From a virus (lineage: Duplodnaviria > Caudoviricetes), in the IMG/VR virus record IMGVR_UViG_3300028585_000010, positions 1 to 42,976 of that record: a stretch of 42,976 nucleotides of DNA. The stretch is one strand, 5' to 3'. Under the pieces are notes generated by a model. The model saw nothing but the letters and a program-made list of their open reading frames with translations, was not told the DNA's origin and ran no database searches. Shown piece after piece: positions 33,577 to 42,871 of the stretch. Every line of letters begins with the position of its first letter. Positions within the stretch are counted from its first letter, which is position 1. The translations under genes were made by a program, and so were the position numbers.

Positions 33577-36500
33577 GGGCTGACATTGCAAGGCTCCAGC
33601 AGGACATGACGCGAGCCCGTCAGTCCGTTACCAGCGCTACGGACGCGATGCGCAAGTCGCTTTTTGCTTTCGCTGCGGGCTTCAGCCTGGTCAACATAGC
33701 GCAGCAGGTTGTCGCCGCTCAGCGCGAGTTCGACAAGCTCAACTCGTCCCTCACCACCGCAACCGGGTCGGCGAAGTCAGCCGGCGAAGCCATGAAGGCT
33801 TTGCAAGACTTCGCGGCCCGAACCCCCTTCAGTTTGCAGGAAGTCACTGAGGGCTTCTTGAAGCTGCGCAATCTCGGCTTGAATCCATCCGAGCGCGCGC
33901 TGGAGTCCTACGGCAACACGTCAGCCGCGATGGGCAAGAGTCTGAACCAGCTTGTCGAGGCCGTCGCGGATGCGGCGACCGGCGAGTTCGAGCGGCTTAA
34001 AGAGTTCGGTATCAAGGCCAAACAGCAGGGCGACGCGGTGTCGCTCACCTTCCAAGGCACTACCACCAAGATCGGCAACAACGCCGCCGAGATTGAAGAG
34101 TACCTGACGCGCATCGGCGAGGTGAACTTCGCCGGCGGCATGGCGCGCCAGGCGAACACACTGGACGGTGACCTCTCCCGACTTGGCGACACCTGGAACC
34201 AGACGCTCGTCGCGTTCTCGCAAAGCGGCTTCGGTGACGTGGTGCGCAGCGCGGTGGGGGCGTTGTCCGACTCGCTCCAAGACTTGGGCGCCATCTTCAA
34301 GTCGGTCACCAGCGAGGCCGATGCAGAAGGCAAGAAGGTGGACGAGCTGAACGGCGTTCACTTCCTACTCACGACCACGTTCGAAACGCTGGCGGTGCTG
34401 GGCCTGAACGTGGCATTTGCGTTCAAGGCCGTCGGCCGGAACATCGGCGCGGTGGCGGCGGCTGTTGCCAATCCGACACAGGCGATCGAGATCCTGAAGC
34501 AGCGATTCTCCGATCTCGGTGATGAGTGGGATCAAGTCAACAAGGACAGCGACCGGGTGCTTAAGGCCGCGGGCAATGCTCGCGCCGCGCAAGCGGCTCA
34601 AGACGCAGCGCAGACCGGCGACCGCCTGGCGCAGTACCGGATCGTAAGCAGCGCGGCGAAGACCGCCAGTGACGCCGAGATCAAGGCCGCAGCAAAGACC
34701 AAAGACGCTTACGACGCATTCATCGTGACGCTCAAAGCCCGTGTTGACGCCACTGCGCGTGAAATGGAAGGTGTCGCGGCACTGACCGAAGCCGAGAAAG
34801 CTCACGTTGATCTCACCGAACAAATCCGCGCCGGCAAACTCAAGCTCACCAAGGCCCAAGAGGCCGCCGCACGCGGCTTGATCGACGAGGCCGGCGCGAA
34901 CGACGCGCTGATCCGATCCAACAAAGAATACTCCGATCTCCAGCAGCAGCTCGCCGACAACGCCAAGGCCCTCGCGGCTGATCGCCAGGGTTTGATCGAA
35001 TCCGCGCGCCAGGAGGCCGAGCGCAACGAGGAGCTGGTGCAGACGTTCGGCATGGCCGAAGCGGCGATCACGCGCATGCAGGCGGCCCGCTTGCTCGAGC
35101 AAGAGGCGCAGCGCCTCGGGCGCGACCTTACTGCGGAAGAAATCGAGGACTTGCAGCGTGTGATCGAACTCAAGGAGCGTAGCGCCGCTGCGGTCGCGAG
35201 CCGCGCCGAACTGGAGAAGACTAAGCAGTTCTGGTCCGACATCGACGAGACCGCGCGCGCGACGTTCACCTCGATCACGGACGGCGGCAAAAACGCCTTC
35301 CAGCGGCTCCGGGATACCGCTAAGAACACGTTCTTCGACTGGCTGTACCAGCAGACGCTCAAGAAGTGGATCATCAACATTCAGACCAGCACCGCGGGGG
35401 CCAACCCGCTTGAGGCGGTGTTTGGGAAGAACGCGGCGATCTTCAACAACGACACCTTGAAGAAGATCGGCACCACCATCGGCGGCTATTTTGCCGGTTC
35501 GGCGCTGAGCGGTGCTATCTCGGGCGATCGAAAGGTAAGCTCCGGGGTTAACGTGCTGTCCTCAATCAACACCGCGCTCACCAGCTACATCGCGGGCCCA
35601 CTGGGTGGCGCGGTGGCGGGGGTGATTGGCGGCGTCATCAACCGGGCGTTCGGTCGCGGGCCTAAGGAATACTCAGACAACAGCACCTTGGTCGGGAACA
35701 TCGGCGCCGGCGGCTTCAACGGCACGGTGAACACCGCCTGGACGCAGAAAGGCGGCTTGTTCCGGAGCAGCAAGTCCGGCACCGACAAGGCGGCGGTCGA
35801 TGCAATGACCGCGTCCGGACTCGCGGCGGCTTACGATGTGATCAAAGCCGCATCGACCGACTACGCCAAGATCCTGGGCGTGAACGCAGACAGCATTGCG
35901 AATCGCACGCAAGCGATCAGCATCGCGCTCGGCAAGGATGAAGCGGCAAATCAGAAGGCAATCGCCGACTTTTTCGGCGGTGTCGCGGACACCGTGGCCG
36001 CCGAGATCCTGCCCGGTATCGCGAAGTTCCAGCAAGAGGGCGAAACTGCCGCGACCACCCTGCAGCGTGTCGCTACCAACTTCGCCGCCGTCGACGCCAT
36101 CCTCGTAGCGATGGGCACCAACTCGCAAACCGCCTTCCGCGCAGTGGGCGTTGCGTCGATCGAGGCGCGCGAGCGACTGGTGGCACTGGCTGGCGGCATT
36201 GAGACCTTGGCGGCGCAAACCTCCTTCTTCAACGAGAATTTCCTCACCGAGGCCGAGCGCATCGCTCTGATCCAAGGGCCACTCAACCAGCAGCTCGCGG
36301 CGCTGGGTCTTGCCGGTACGACGACCACCGAGCAGTTCAAGACCGCAGTGCAAACGCTCGTCCAGTCAGGCGCGCTCGCCACCGAGGAAGGTGCGAAGCG
36401 GTACGCTCAATTGTTGGCGATCGCGCCACAGTTCAAGGTGGTCGCCGACTATTTGGACGAGCTTGGCAAAGCGGCAGCGCAGACTGCACAAGAGGCCAAG

Positions 36501-37538
36501 GACGCAGCGCAGGCCATGCTCGAGGCCAACGAGACCTTGCTGCGCGCGGCGGTCGATGCGGCGTTCGAAGGTGTCCAGCGCGCAGTCGAAGCGCAGCGCG
36601 ACCGGGTGACGGCGGCGTACGAGAAGATTAACGATGCGATCGAAGCCCGCATAGACAGGCTGAACGACCGTATCGGCGAGATGCGCCAGTTGTCGGATGC
36701 GCTCAAGGGCGCAATCCAGAGCATCAACTCGCCGGAGCAAGCCATCGCCTCGCGCATGGCGGCGCAGTCGCAGATCACCGCTGCATTGGCGATCGCCCGA
36801 GCTTCTGGTGTGCTGCCGAGCGCTGACAGCCTGAAGGACGCGCTTGCCGCGCTAGGACAGGATTCGTCGGATCAGTTCTCCACCTTTGCGGAGTACCAGC
36901 GCGACGTGGCGCGCACAAACGCCGAATTGGCTGCGTTGGGCGGCTTGACGGACGGCCAGTTGTCGGTGGCCGAGCGCCAACTCCAAAGCCTGCAGGAACA
37001 GCAAGTAGCGGCCAAGGCAGCGTACGAAGCCGAGATGCTTCGTCTGGACGGCATCCTGGAGTGGGCACAAGCTGAGGTGGACGCGATCAATGGCGTGAAC
37101 CGCAGCGTGCTGTCGGTGGTCGAGGCAATCGCGACTCTCAAGGTAGCCGGGCAAGCACTCCAGCAGGGCGCCAAGCCGTCGAATCCAGGCGGCAGTGCGC
37201 TCACCGTGGACCAGCTCTACCGCACCGTGCTGGGCCGCGAGGGTGACGCAGCGGGACTTGCGTATTGGAAGAACATTCTCGGCAACGGGGCGGTTGATTC
37301 AAAGGGCTATGCCGACTTCATCCAGGGCGCTAAAGGCGAACTGGAAATGAAACAGCCACCAGTGGTCTACAGCGCGCCCCAGTCCGGTACAATGGCAGGC
37401 AGTGCAACCCAGCAAGAGATAAACGCCCGCATGGAACGACAACTCGCCAGCATCGCCGCGTCTACCGAGAAGTTCGCGAGCCAGTTTGAGAACGTGTCGG
37501 GCGGCGGCCAGACCTTGTTCGTGGAGAACGTAAATTGA
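33543..37538 (+). CDS. Tail tape measure protein, 1331 aa
   Basis: Ala-rich helical; TMP domain (FAARTPFSLQEV...GEFERLKEFGI); C-terminal LYRTVLGREGDAAGLAYW (DUF4214-like). Confidence 0.95.
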   Translation: MAVISDIEIRLRADIARLQQDMTRARQSVTSATDAMRKSLFAFAAGFSLVNIAQQVVAAQREFDKLNSSLTTATGSAKSAGEAMKALQDFAARTPFSLQEVTEGFLKLRNLGLNPSERALESYGNTSAAMGKSLNQLVEAVADAATGEFERLKEFGIKAKQQGDAVSLTFQGTTTKIGNNAAEIEEYLTRIGEVNFAGGMARQANTLDGDLSRLGDTWNQTLVAFSQSGFGDVVRSAVGALSDSLQDLGAIFKSVTSEADAEGKKVDELNGVHFLLTTTFETLAVLGLNVAFAFKAVGRNIGAVAAAVANPTQAIEILKQRFSDLGDEWDQVNKDSDRVLKAAGNARAAQAAQDAAQTGDRLAQYRIVSSAAKTASDAEIKAAAKTKDAYDAFIVTLKARVDATAREMEGVAALTEAEKAHVDLTEQIRAGKLKLTKAQEAAARGLIDEAGANDALIRSNKEYSDLQQQLADNAKALAADRQGLIESARQEAERNEELVQTFGMAEAAITRMQAARLLEQEAQRLGRDLTAEEIEDLQRVIELKERSAAAVASRAELEKTKQFWSDIDETARATFTSITDGGKNAFQRLRDTAKNTFFDWLYQQTLKKWIINIQTSTAGANPLEAVFGKNAAIFNNDTLKKIGTTIGGYFAGSALSGAISGDRKVSSGVNVLSSINTALTSYIAGPLGGAVAGVIGGVINRAFGRGPKEYSDNSTLVGNIGAGGFNGTVNTAWTQKGGLFRSSKSGTDKAAVDAMTASGLAAAYDVIKAASTDYAKILGVNADSIANRTQAISIALGKDEAANQKAIADFFGGVADTVAAEILPGIAKFQQEGETAATTLQRVATNFAAVDAILVAMGTNSQTAFRAVGVASIEARERLVALAGGIETLAAQTSFFNENFLTEAERIALIQGPLNQQLAALGLAGTTTTEQFKTAVQTLVQSGALATEEGAKRYAQLLAIAPQFKVVADYLDELGKAAAQTAQEAKDAAQAMLEANETLLRAAVDAAFEGVQRAVEAQRDRVTAAYEKINDAIEARIDRLNDRIGEMRQLSDALKGAIQSINSPEQAIASRMAAQSQITAALAIARASGVLPSADSLKDALAALGQDSSDQFSTFAEYQRDVARTNAELAALGGLTDGQLSVAERQLQSLQEQQVAAKAAYEAEMLRLDGILEWAQAEVDAINGVNRSVLSVVEAIATLKVAGQALQQGAKPSNPGGSALTVDQLYRTVLGREGDAAGLAYWKNILGNGAVDSKGYADFIQGAKGELEMKQPPVVYSAPQSGTMAGSATQQEINARMERQLASIAASTEKFASQFENVSGGGQTLFVENVN

Positions 37539-38512
37539 GCCTGTACGAGGAGTTCGGAGACGCCTGTAGCATCCTAGTGCCGGTCGACATCGTCAACACG
37601 GCCGGCGCACTGGTGTCGATGACGGCTAACGGTGTCGCAGTTCCCGAAGACACGAATCCGGCATGGGCCGCCGCCACGACATACACCGCAGGCGAACGCG
37701 TTCACCTGCCCAGCACCCACCGGGTCTATGAAAGCACAGGCGCGAGCGGCAACGCGGGAAAAGATCCGTCGCTGCCGGCGAACCAATACAACGCAGCGGG
37801 CCAGCCGACGTTTTGGATCGATATCGGGCCGACCAACCGCACCGCCATGTTCGACGGCTTGGTGTCCACCCAGACCATCGCGGCTTCGCCCCTGGTGATT
37901 ACGCTGGCACCTGGCGCGTTCAACGGCTTCTCCCTGTTCGGTGTCGACGCCGACTCGTTCTCGGTCCAGGTGCTCGACGCCCCGGGCGGAAACGTCATCT
38001 ACAGCGAGCCGACGACACCGCTCGAAGGATCGATGCCGGGTGACTACTACGAATACTTCTTCGACCCGTTCAAGCCGCTGCGCCAGTTCAACCGGTTCGG
38101 CGTCGACCCCTACGGCCGCTCGCAGATCCAGATCACCTTCAACCGCGCCACCGGCAATGTCGGCGTCGGCATGTTCGCGATTGGCGACTTGAAGCCCGTT
38201 GGCGTGCCGCTCAAAGGTGTCAAGGTCGAGCCGATGGACTTCAGTTCGATCGTGCAGGATCGCTTCGGTAACGCTACGGTGCGTCGGCGCGCCAACTCTA
38301 CTGGCATGACGATCAGCACGGTGATGGAAGAGGACGAGGCGAACAGCGTGCTTCAGACGATCAAGGACACGCTGGGCGTGCCGTGTGTGGTCGTCGGCAG
38401 TAACGCCATGCTCTATGAGTGGATGACGGTCTTCGGTACAATCAGCGGTAGTATGTCGGACCAGCCCTACCCTTACGTCACGCTTCAACTTACAGTACGA
38501 GGATTCATCTAA
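37535..38512 (+). CDS. Tail tip/distal tail protein with a carbohydrate-binding-like insert
   Basis: Directly after TMP; WAAATTYTAGERV...VYES CBM5/12-like segment; WIDIGPTNR.AMFD. Confidence 0.7.
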   Translation: MSLYEEFGDACSILVPVDIVNTAGALVSMTANGVAVPEDTNPAWAAATTYTAGERVHLPSTHRVYESTGASGNAGKDPSLPANQYNAAGQPTFWIDIGPTNRTAMFDGLVSTQTIAASPLVITLAPGAFNGFSLFGVDADSFSVQVLDAPGGNVIYSEPTTPLEGSMPGDYYEYFFDPFKPLRQFNRFGVDPYGRSQIQITFNRATGNVGVGMFAIGDLKPVGVPLKGVKVEPMDFSSIVQDRFGNATVRRRANSTGMTISTVMEEDEANSVLQTIKDTLGVPCVVVGSNAMLYEWMTVFGTISGSMSDQPYPYVTLQLTVRGFI

Positions 38513-39507
38513 TGGCCTACCCAGATCCGCCAACTACACCGCCAATCCCCCAACGAGGTGACCGAACGACCTTCTCGGATCGCGTCGACGCCTTCCTTAC
38601 TTGGGTGGCGGCCATCATCCCGTGGTTGCAGGGCTTCGTGAATTATTTCCTATCCAATCTATCGGCTTTTTCTGCGGGTGGAGCAAACACTTTTTCATAC
38701 AATTTCGACAGCGCTGTAACGAACACAGATCCTGGTCCTGGCTTTCTAAATTTGAATGGTCCAATGCAAGATTCTTCTACAGCGTTACGGATTGATCCTA
38801 TTGCAGATGGGGGCGTGGACATAAACGCAGTTCTTTTGAATCTAATTTCAAGCACTAACGCTGCCAAAGGCTCTATAAAGATTCAGGTGTTGAATAGGCC
38901 GGATGCTTGGCTGTTGTTTGATATTACAGGCTTTACGCCAAGAACCGGATACTATGACTTAGTTGTTTCCTATGTTGCGGGAACTTCACAGAATCCATTT
39001 ATTAACGGCGATAAATTGATCGTATTTATCGAAAGAAACGGTAATAAAGGTGATAGTGGGACAATTGGATATATTAAAGTTTCCGACAAGAAGGCCGCAA
39101 CTACTACAGGAGGGGCTGCTGTTTCTGGGCTGCAAGACAGGACTTTAAATACCTTAGATTTGAACGAAATATCTGGTGCATCTCTATCAGCGAGTTCTGT
39201 CACACTTCCGGCCGGATCATACGAGGTCTATGCTAGAACTCCAGCCGCTGTCGTTGCAGGATGCCGCTCTGTTTTATTTAACGTCACAGACGGGGTGGCC
39301 GTTCTTTACGGCGGAAGCGATTATACAGAGGCTGGTTCATCCGCTAATTGCATGCTTAATGGGAAGTTCACTATTACTTCCGCTAAATCTTTTAAGCTGC
39401 AAACTTATGCCCAAAACTCCAACAACAACGGTGGTCTTGGTCAGCCAGCTAGGCAGGCAGGCCAGATGGAAATTTACAGTGAATTGATTTTTAGGAAAAT
39501 AACATGA
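38512..39507 (+). CDS. Tail fibre/receptor-binding protein
   Basis: N-terminal P.P.RGD..TF..RVDAF anchor; AT-rich variable remainder. Confidence 0.75.
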   Translation: MAYPDPPTTPPIPQRGDRTTFSDRVDAFLTWVAAIIPWLQGFVNYFLSNLSAFSAGGANTFSYNFDSAVTNTDPGPGFLNLNGPMQDSSTALRIDPIADGGVDINAVLLNLISSTNAAKGSIKIQVLNRPDAWLLFDITGFTPRTGYYDLVVSYVAGTSQNPFINGDKLIVFIERNGNKGDSGTIGYIKVSDKKAATTTGGAAVSGLQDRTLNTLDLNEISGASLSASSVTLPAGSYEVYARTPAAVVAGCRSVLFNVTDGVAVLYGGSDYTEAGSSANCMLNGKFTITSAKSFKLQTYAQNSNNNGGLGQPARQAGQMEIYSELIFRKIT

Positions 39508-39761
39508 GCTATTTACCCGGCATGATTTCTTATGTGCTTTTTGATCCCGAAGCCAGAGAACTGCTCGGGGGCTACGTGCAAGTCCCGCCCCCGGAGCATG
39601 TGCATCGAATTGAAGTATCAGACGAGGTGCGAGTTTCTTGGCCGCTGTATCGCCTAAATGCCGACATGACCGGCGTGGAGTTGATCCCATGGTGGGAGGA
39701 GCAACCAGAAGAGCCTCCAGTTGACCCCGAGCCATCCGACCCCGTACAATCCGGCAACTAG
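39504..39761 (+). CDS. Putative tail fibre assembly/chaperone protein
   Basis: ATGA-coupled after the fibre gene; acidic Pro-rich tail. Confidence 0.55.
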   Translation: MSYLPGMISYVLFDPEARELLGGYVQVPPPEHVHRIEVSDEVRVSWPLYRLNADMTGVELIPWWEEQPEEPPVDPEPSDPVQSGN

Positions 39762-39792
39762 AATCCTCTAGTGCAAACGTAAAGGAAGCATC

Positions 39793-39930
39793 ATGCGCAA
39801 GCAACTGTTCGCCGGCAACGGCAACCCTCCACCAAAAGATAAGCCGAACCGCGAAACTCCCGCCCCTGTCGAGATCCCGGAAGAGACTGACGCAGGCAAC
39901 GGCAACCCACCACCAAAAGACCAGAATTAA
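39793..39930 (+). CDS. 45-aa peptide with duplicated AGNGNPPPKD motif; not in ORF track
   Basis: MRKQLFAGNGNPPPKDKPNRETPAPVEIPEETDAGNGNPPPKDQN; AAGGA RBS; stop abuts the next ATG; the two repeat copies differ only at synonymous positions. Confidence 0.8.
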   Translation: MRKQLFAGNGNPPPKDKPNRETPAPVEIPEETDAGNGNPPPKDQN

Positions 39931-40329
39931 ATGTACCTGGTCGCATGCGGCGTCTTGCTGGCCGTTGCTACGGTCCTCAACCTGCGGGATCGCCGCATGC
40001 TCGCGCTCACCCTTGCGGTGGGCGTCAACGTCTTCTACTCCGTCCCCGCGCAGTCACAAGCTGCATTCTACGGCACGTGTATCGCTCTCGAATTGATGGT
40101 GCTCACGGTGGCGGTGTTCTACACCTCCCGCGCCAGTTGCATCGCGATCTATGCGTCCTGCGCATTGGTCATCGTCCACTTCATGGGCTGGACCCTCGAC
40201 GGTAGCCCGCCGCTCTCCCCGTACCGTGTTCTCGTAAAGCTGCTTGAATGCGCCCAGCTCGTCGCATGTGTGGCACTATCGCCCGTACTTACGCCGAAAC
40301 TGAGGAACCGCGATGCAGCGCCTACATGA
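39931..40329 (+). CDS. Multi-pass membrane protein of unknown function, 132 aa
   Basis: About 4-5 hydrophobic segments. Confidence 0.75.
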   Translation: MYLVACGVLLAVATVLNLRDRRMLALTLAVGVNVFYSVPAQSQAAFYGTCIALELMVLTVAVFYTSRASCIAIYASCALVIVHFMGWTLDGSPPLSPYRVLVKLLECAQLVACVALSPVLTPKLRNRDAAPT

Positions 40330-40765
40330 CCATGCCATGCCTCTCTTGAGGCTCTACGCCGGGGGCGATGCGATCATCTCCTGGTACAACTCGTTCAGTG
40401 ATCCTTACGCCCGCCTGGCGCGCATTGCGCAGACGCAGGACGGCGGCGTGCTGATCTGGATCATGGCGATTGTCGGCATCGCTATCGTGCTGGACGTGTT
40501 CATCAACGACTGGACCCCCAGCCGAATCAAATTAGGCAAGCATTCCATTCAGCTTGCATGGAATAAAGCATTTCAGTATAGACACTTCCTTTTCGTTGCG
40601 TTAGCCTTCTGTTATGCCGCACAACCTTATGTAGCAGAACGCGGCGGACACGCGATTTCCTTGCTGATCTGGTTCTACTGGAACAGTTTGCAGACGATCG
40701 TAATCGGATTTCTGGACGCCAAACAACGATCAAGGAGCCTCGGGTGGCAAAGAGCTATCAGCTAA
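40313..40765 (+). CDS. Membrane protein of unknown function, 150 aa
   Basis: About 3 hydrophobic segments; GAGG RBS; overlaps both neighbours. Confidence 0.75.
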   Translation: MQRLHDHAMPLLRLYAGGDAIISWYNSFSDPYARLARIAQTQDGGVLIWIMAIVGIAIVLDVFINDWTPSRIKLGKHSIQLAWNKAFQYRHFLFVALAFCYAAQPYVAERGGHAISLLIWFYWNSLQTIVIGFLDAKQRSRSLGWQRAIS

Positions 40766-41190
40766 AATACGCCATCTGGGCTTACCTCCTGGTGCAATGG
40801 AGCGCGGTCGCCTACGCGGCCGAGCACCCCCTCGTCGCCGGCATCGAATCGATTCCATTGACCGCAGTGCTGTACGTGTTCGCCCTGTCTATCGTGGGTG
40901 GCGCAGCGGGCACCTTGACCAAGCTGGCACGGCCCGAGATCGTCGTGCGCAGCCTCACCCTGGAGATCAGCAAGGACATCGTGGCTTCGGTTGCGGCCGG
41001 CCTCTTGGTGTTCTTCTTCACCAGTTGGTGGGACGGCGTGAACTTCTGGCTGCAAGCGGCGCTGGTCACGATGGCCGGTTACGGCGGCTCGAAGGTGCTG
41101 GACCTGGCGCTGGCCGATGGGTTCTTGCCCTGGCTGCAGCGCGCCTTCGGGCGCAACATCGACGCGCCACCAAACCGTTCACCGGAGTAA
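40744..41190 (+). CDS. Putative holin (LydA-like)
   Basis: Multiple TM helices, GGAAG...S..AGL...AGYGGSKVLD pattern; directly before the endolysin. Confidence 0.7.
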   Translation: MAKSYQLKYAIWAYLLVQWSAVAYAAEHPLVAGIESIPLTAVLYVFALSIVGGAAGTLTKLARPEIVVRSLTLEISKDIVASVAAGLLVFFFTSWWDGVNFWLQAALVTMAGYGGSKVLDLALADGFLPWLQRAFGRNIDAPPNRSPE

Positions 41191-41193
41191 AGC

Positions 41194-41694
41194 ATGACCC
41201 CACAACGACTGATCAACACCGGCATCGCGCCAGCTCTGGCCGAGCTCGAGGCCCAAGGCATCCCCGACAGCGTGGACGCGCGCCGCTTCCTCATGGCTAT
41301 CGCACTCCAGGAGTCCGCGATGATGGCTCGTCGCCAGATCACCGCCAGCGGCACGGAGAATGGTCCTGCGGCCTCGTTCTGGCAGTTTGAGCAGGGTGGC
41401 GGGTGCAAGGGCGTGCTGAGCCACCGCAGCACCGCGGAGCGCATGCGCAAGCTGTGTGTTGACTACAACGTCGCGCCGACCCCGCAAGGACTGTGGGAGG
41501 CGATGCGTTACAACGATGTGGTGGCCGCGGCCGCCGCGCGACTGCTGATCTACACCTTGCCCAAGGGCCTGCCCAAGACGGCCGAGGAAGGCTGGGAGCA
41601 GTACATCGCGGCGTGGAGGCCGGGCAAGCCGCACTCGGCCAAGTGGCAAGCTAACTGGGGTGCGGCAACTCTTGCTGTGGGGTTGAGGCTATGA
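41194..41694 (+). CDS. Endolysin (lysozyme/transglycosylase-like fold)
   Basis: LMAIALQES...RRQ...GPAASFWQFE; Y...WRPGKPH; lies between holin and spanins. Confidence 0.8.
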   Translation: MTPQRLINTGIAPALAELEAQGIPDSVDARRFLMAIALQESAMMARRQITASGTENGPAASFWQFEQGGGCKGVLSHRSTAERMRKLCVDYNVAPTPQGLWEAMRYNDVVAAAAARLLIYTLPKGLPKTAEEGWEQYIAAWRPGKPHSAKWQANWGAATLAVGLRL

Positions 41695-41806
41695 GTACGG
41701 ACAAAGAGATAGCGTTCAGGAGTAGGAATCTTTTCTGGCTTACCGCCGCGGTCTTTGGGTTTGCGTGTTTCGCTCTCGGCCATATATCGGGCGCATGGAG
41801 GTTTAT

Positions 41807-42277
41807 GTGAGCATCCTACCTACTTGGCCGATTGCGGCCGGTTGTCTGGCGCTGGGTATTCTGGGCGGTGCGTACGTCGACCATCAGATCATGGACGCCA
41901 AGATCCAGAAGATCACCGCCGCCCACACCGAGCAGCTGCGCGTGCGCGAGGTGCAGCGCGCCACCGACGAACGTGTCGCCCGCGAACGGGAGAACGCCCT
42001 CGCCACTCGCGCCGGGCAAATTGAACAGGAGAAGGAAAATGCGATCAACGCCGTTCGTACTGACGCTGATGCTCTTATTGCCCGCTTGCGCCAGCAAGCC
42101 GCCAGCAAGCCCGCCAGTCCAGGTCGAGTGCCCTCGGCCGCCGCCACTTGCGAAACACCCGCTGGGGCAACCGTTCCTGACCGAGCTGGAGAAGATCTTG
42201 TTCGCCTCGCCGCCCGCGCCGACGAACTGAGGACGGCGCTGGGGGCGTGCTATCAGTCTTATGATTCGCTGCGCTAG
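41807..42277 (+). CDS. Rz: i-spanin (Rz-like)
   Basis: N-terminal TM, coiled coil, LAARADEL...L.AC..SYD; GGAGG RBS before GTG. Confidence 0.85.
   Translation: MSILPTWPIAAGCLALGILGGAYVDHQIMDAKIQKITAAHTEQLRVREVQRATDERVARERENALATRAGQIEQEKENAINAVRTDADALIARLRQQAASKPASPGRVPSAAATCETPAGATVPDRAGEDLVRLAARADELRTALGACYQSYDSLR
42039..42230 (+). CDS. Rz1: o-spanin lipoprotein (Rz1-like), embedded in Rz
   Basis: MRSTPFVLTLMLLLPAC lipobox, Pro-rich mature part, +1 frame inside Rz. Confidence 0.85.
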   Translation: MRSTPFVLTLMLLLPACASKPPASPPVQVECPRPPPLAKHPLGQPFLTELEKILFASPPAPTN

Positions 42278-42507
42278 GACTTGCGCCAGCCATCAAGCCA
42301 CATGAAATAGACGGCGAACTTTGCTCCATCTAATCGCCCCTTGCGATAAATTAGGATGCCATCGTAGCCGTCAAGCAGAGCAAGAAGAAGTAGGATTCCC
42401 CATACCGCAGCTCCTTTAATGCTGAAGAACTGGACTCCTGCAACAGCTAGGGCGATTCCTAAGCAGGCAAACAATACGCACCGCATTACAGTCGATAGCA
42501 GTCGCAT
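42274..42507 (-). CDS. Small two-TM membrane protein, 77 aa
   Basis: MRLLSTVMRCVLFACLGIALAV...; GAGG RBS; follows the lipoprotein gene. Confidence 0.65.
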   Translation of the reverse strand: MRLLSTVMRCVLFACLGIALAVAGVQFFSIKGAAVWGILLLLALLDGYDGILIYRKGRLDGAKFAVYFMWLDGWRKS

Positions 42508-42514
42508 ATCTACC

Positions 42515-42871
42515 TCACAGCAGCACGTTATACCCACGCCCAGCCATGCAGCGGAAGGCGATAGTCTTCTTGTCCTGCACAGCCGATCCTGCACCTTCAG
42601 CAGCACCAGCCACGCCGAAAACTTGAGCGCCGAACTTAGCGCCATCTGAGCCGCCGATAGCCGCACCAATAAGCGCACCTAGCAATGCCCCGCCGATTGC
42701 ACCGTTGACCGCGCTACCGCCCGTATCGACTTGCTCAGCGTACTGATTGCACTCTGCGGTGTCTTGGTAATACTTGGCAGTATCCACGCCGCGCATGTCA
42801 ACGATCTGGCTCGGAGTGTGGTTAGCGCAGCCGGTCAGGGCCAATGCTGCGATGATGACGATGAGTTTCAT
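42515..42871 (-). CDS. Glycine-zipper lipoprotein
   Basis: Lipobox LTGC; GAIGGALLGALIGAAIGG zipper; terminal RCMAGRGY. Confidence 0.85.
   Translation of the reverse strand: MKLIVIIAALALTGCANHTPSQIVDMRGVDTAKYYQDTAECNQYAEQVDTGGSAVNGAIGGALLGALIGAAIGGSDGAKFGAQVFGVAGAAEGAGSAVQDKKTIAFRCMAGRGYNVLL

Noticed and set aside
37574-38533. 319-aa minus-strand ORF and similar antisense ORFs across the tail region and at 5758-6591
   Set aside because: Antisense shadows of well-supported genes in GC-rich sequence
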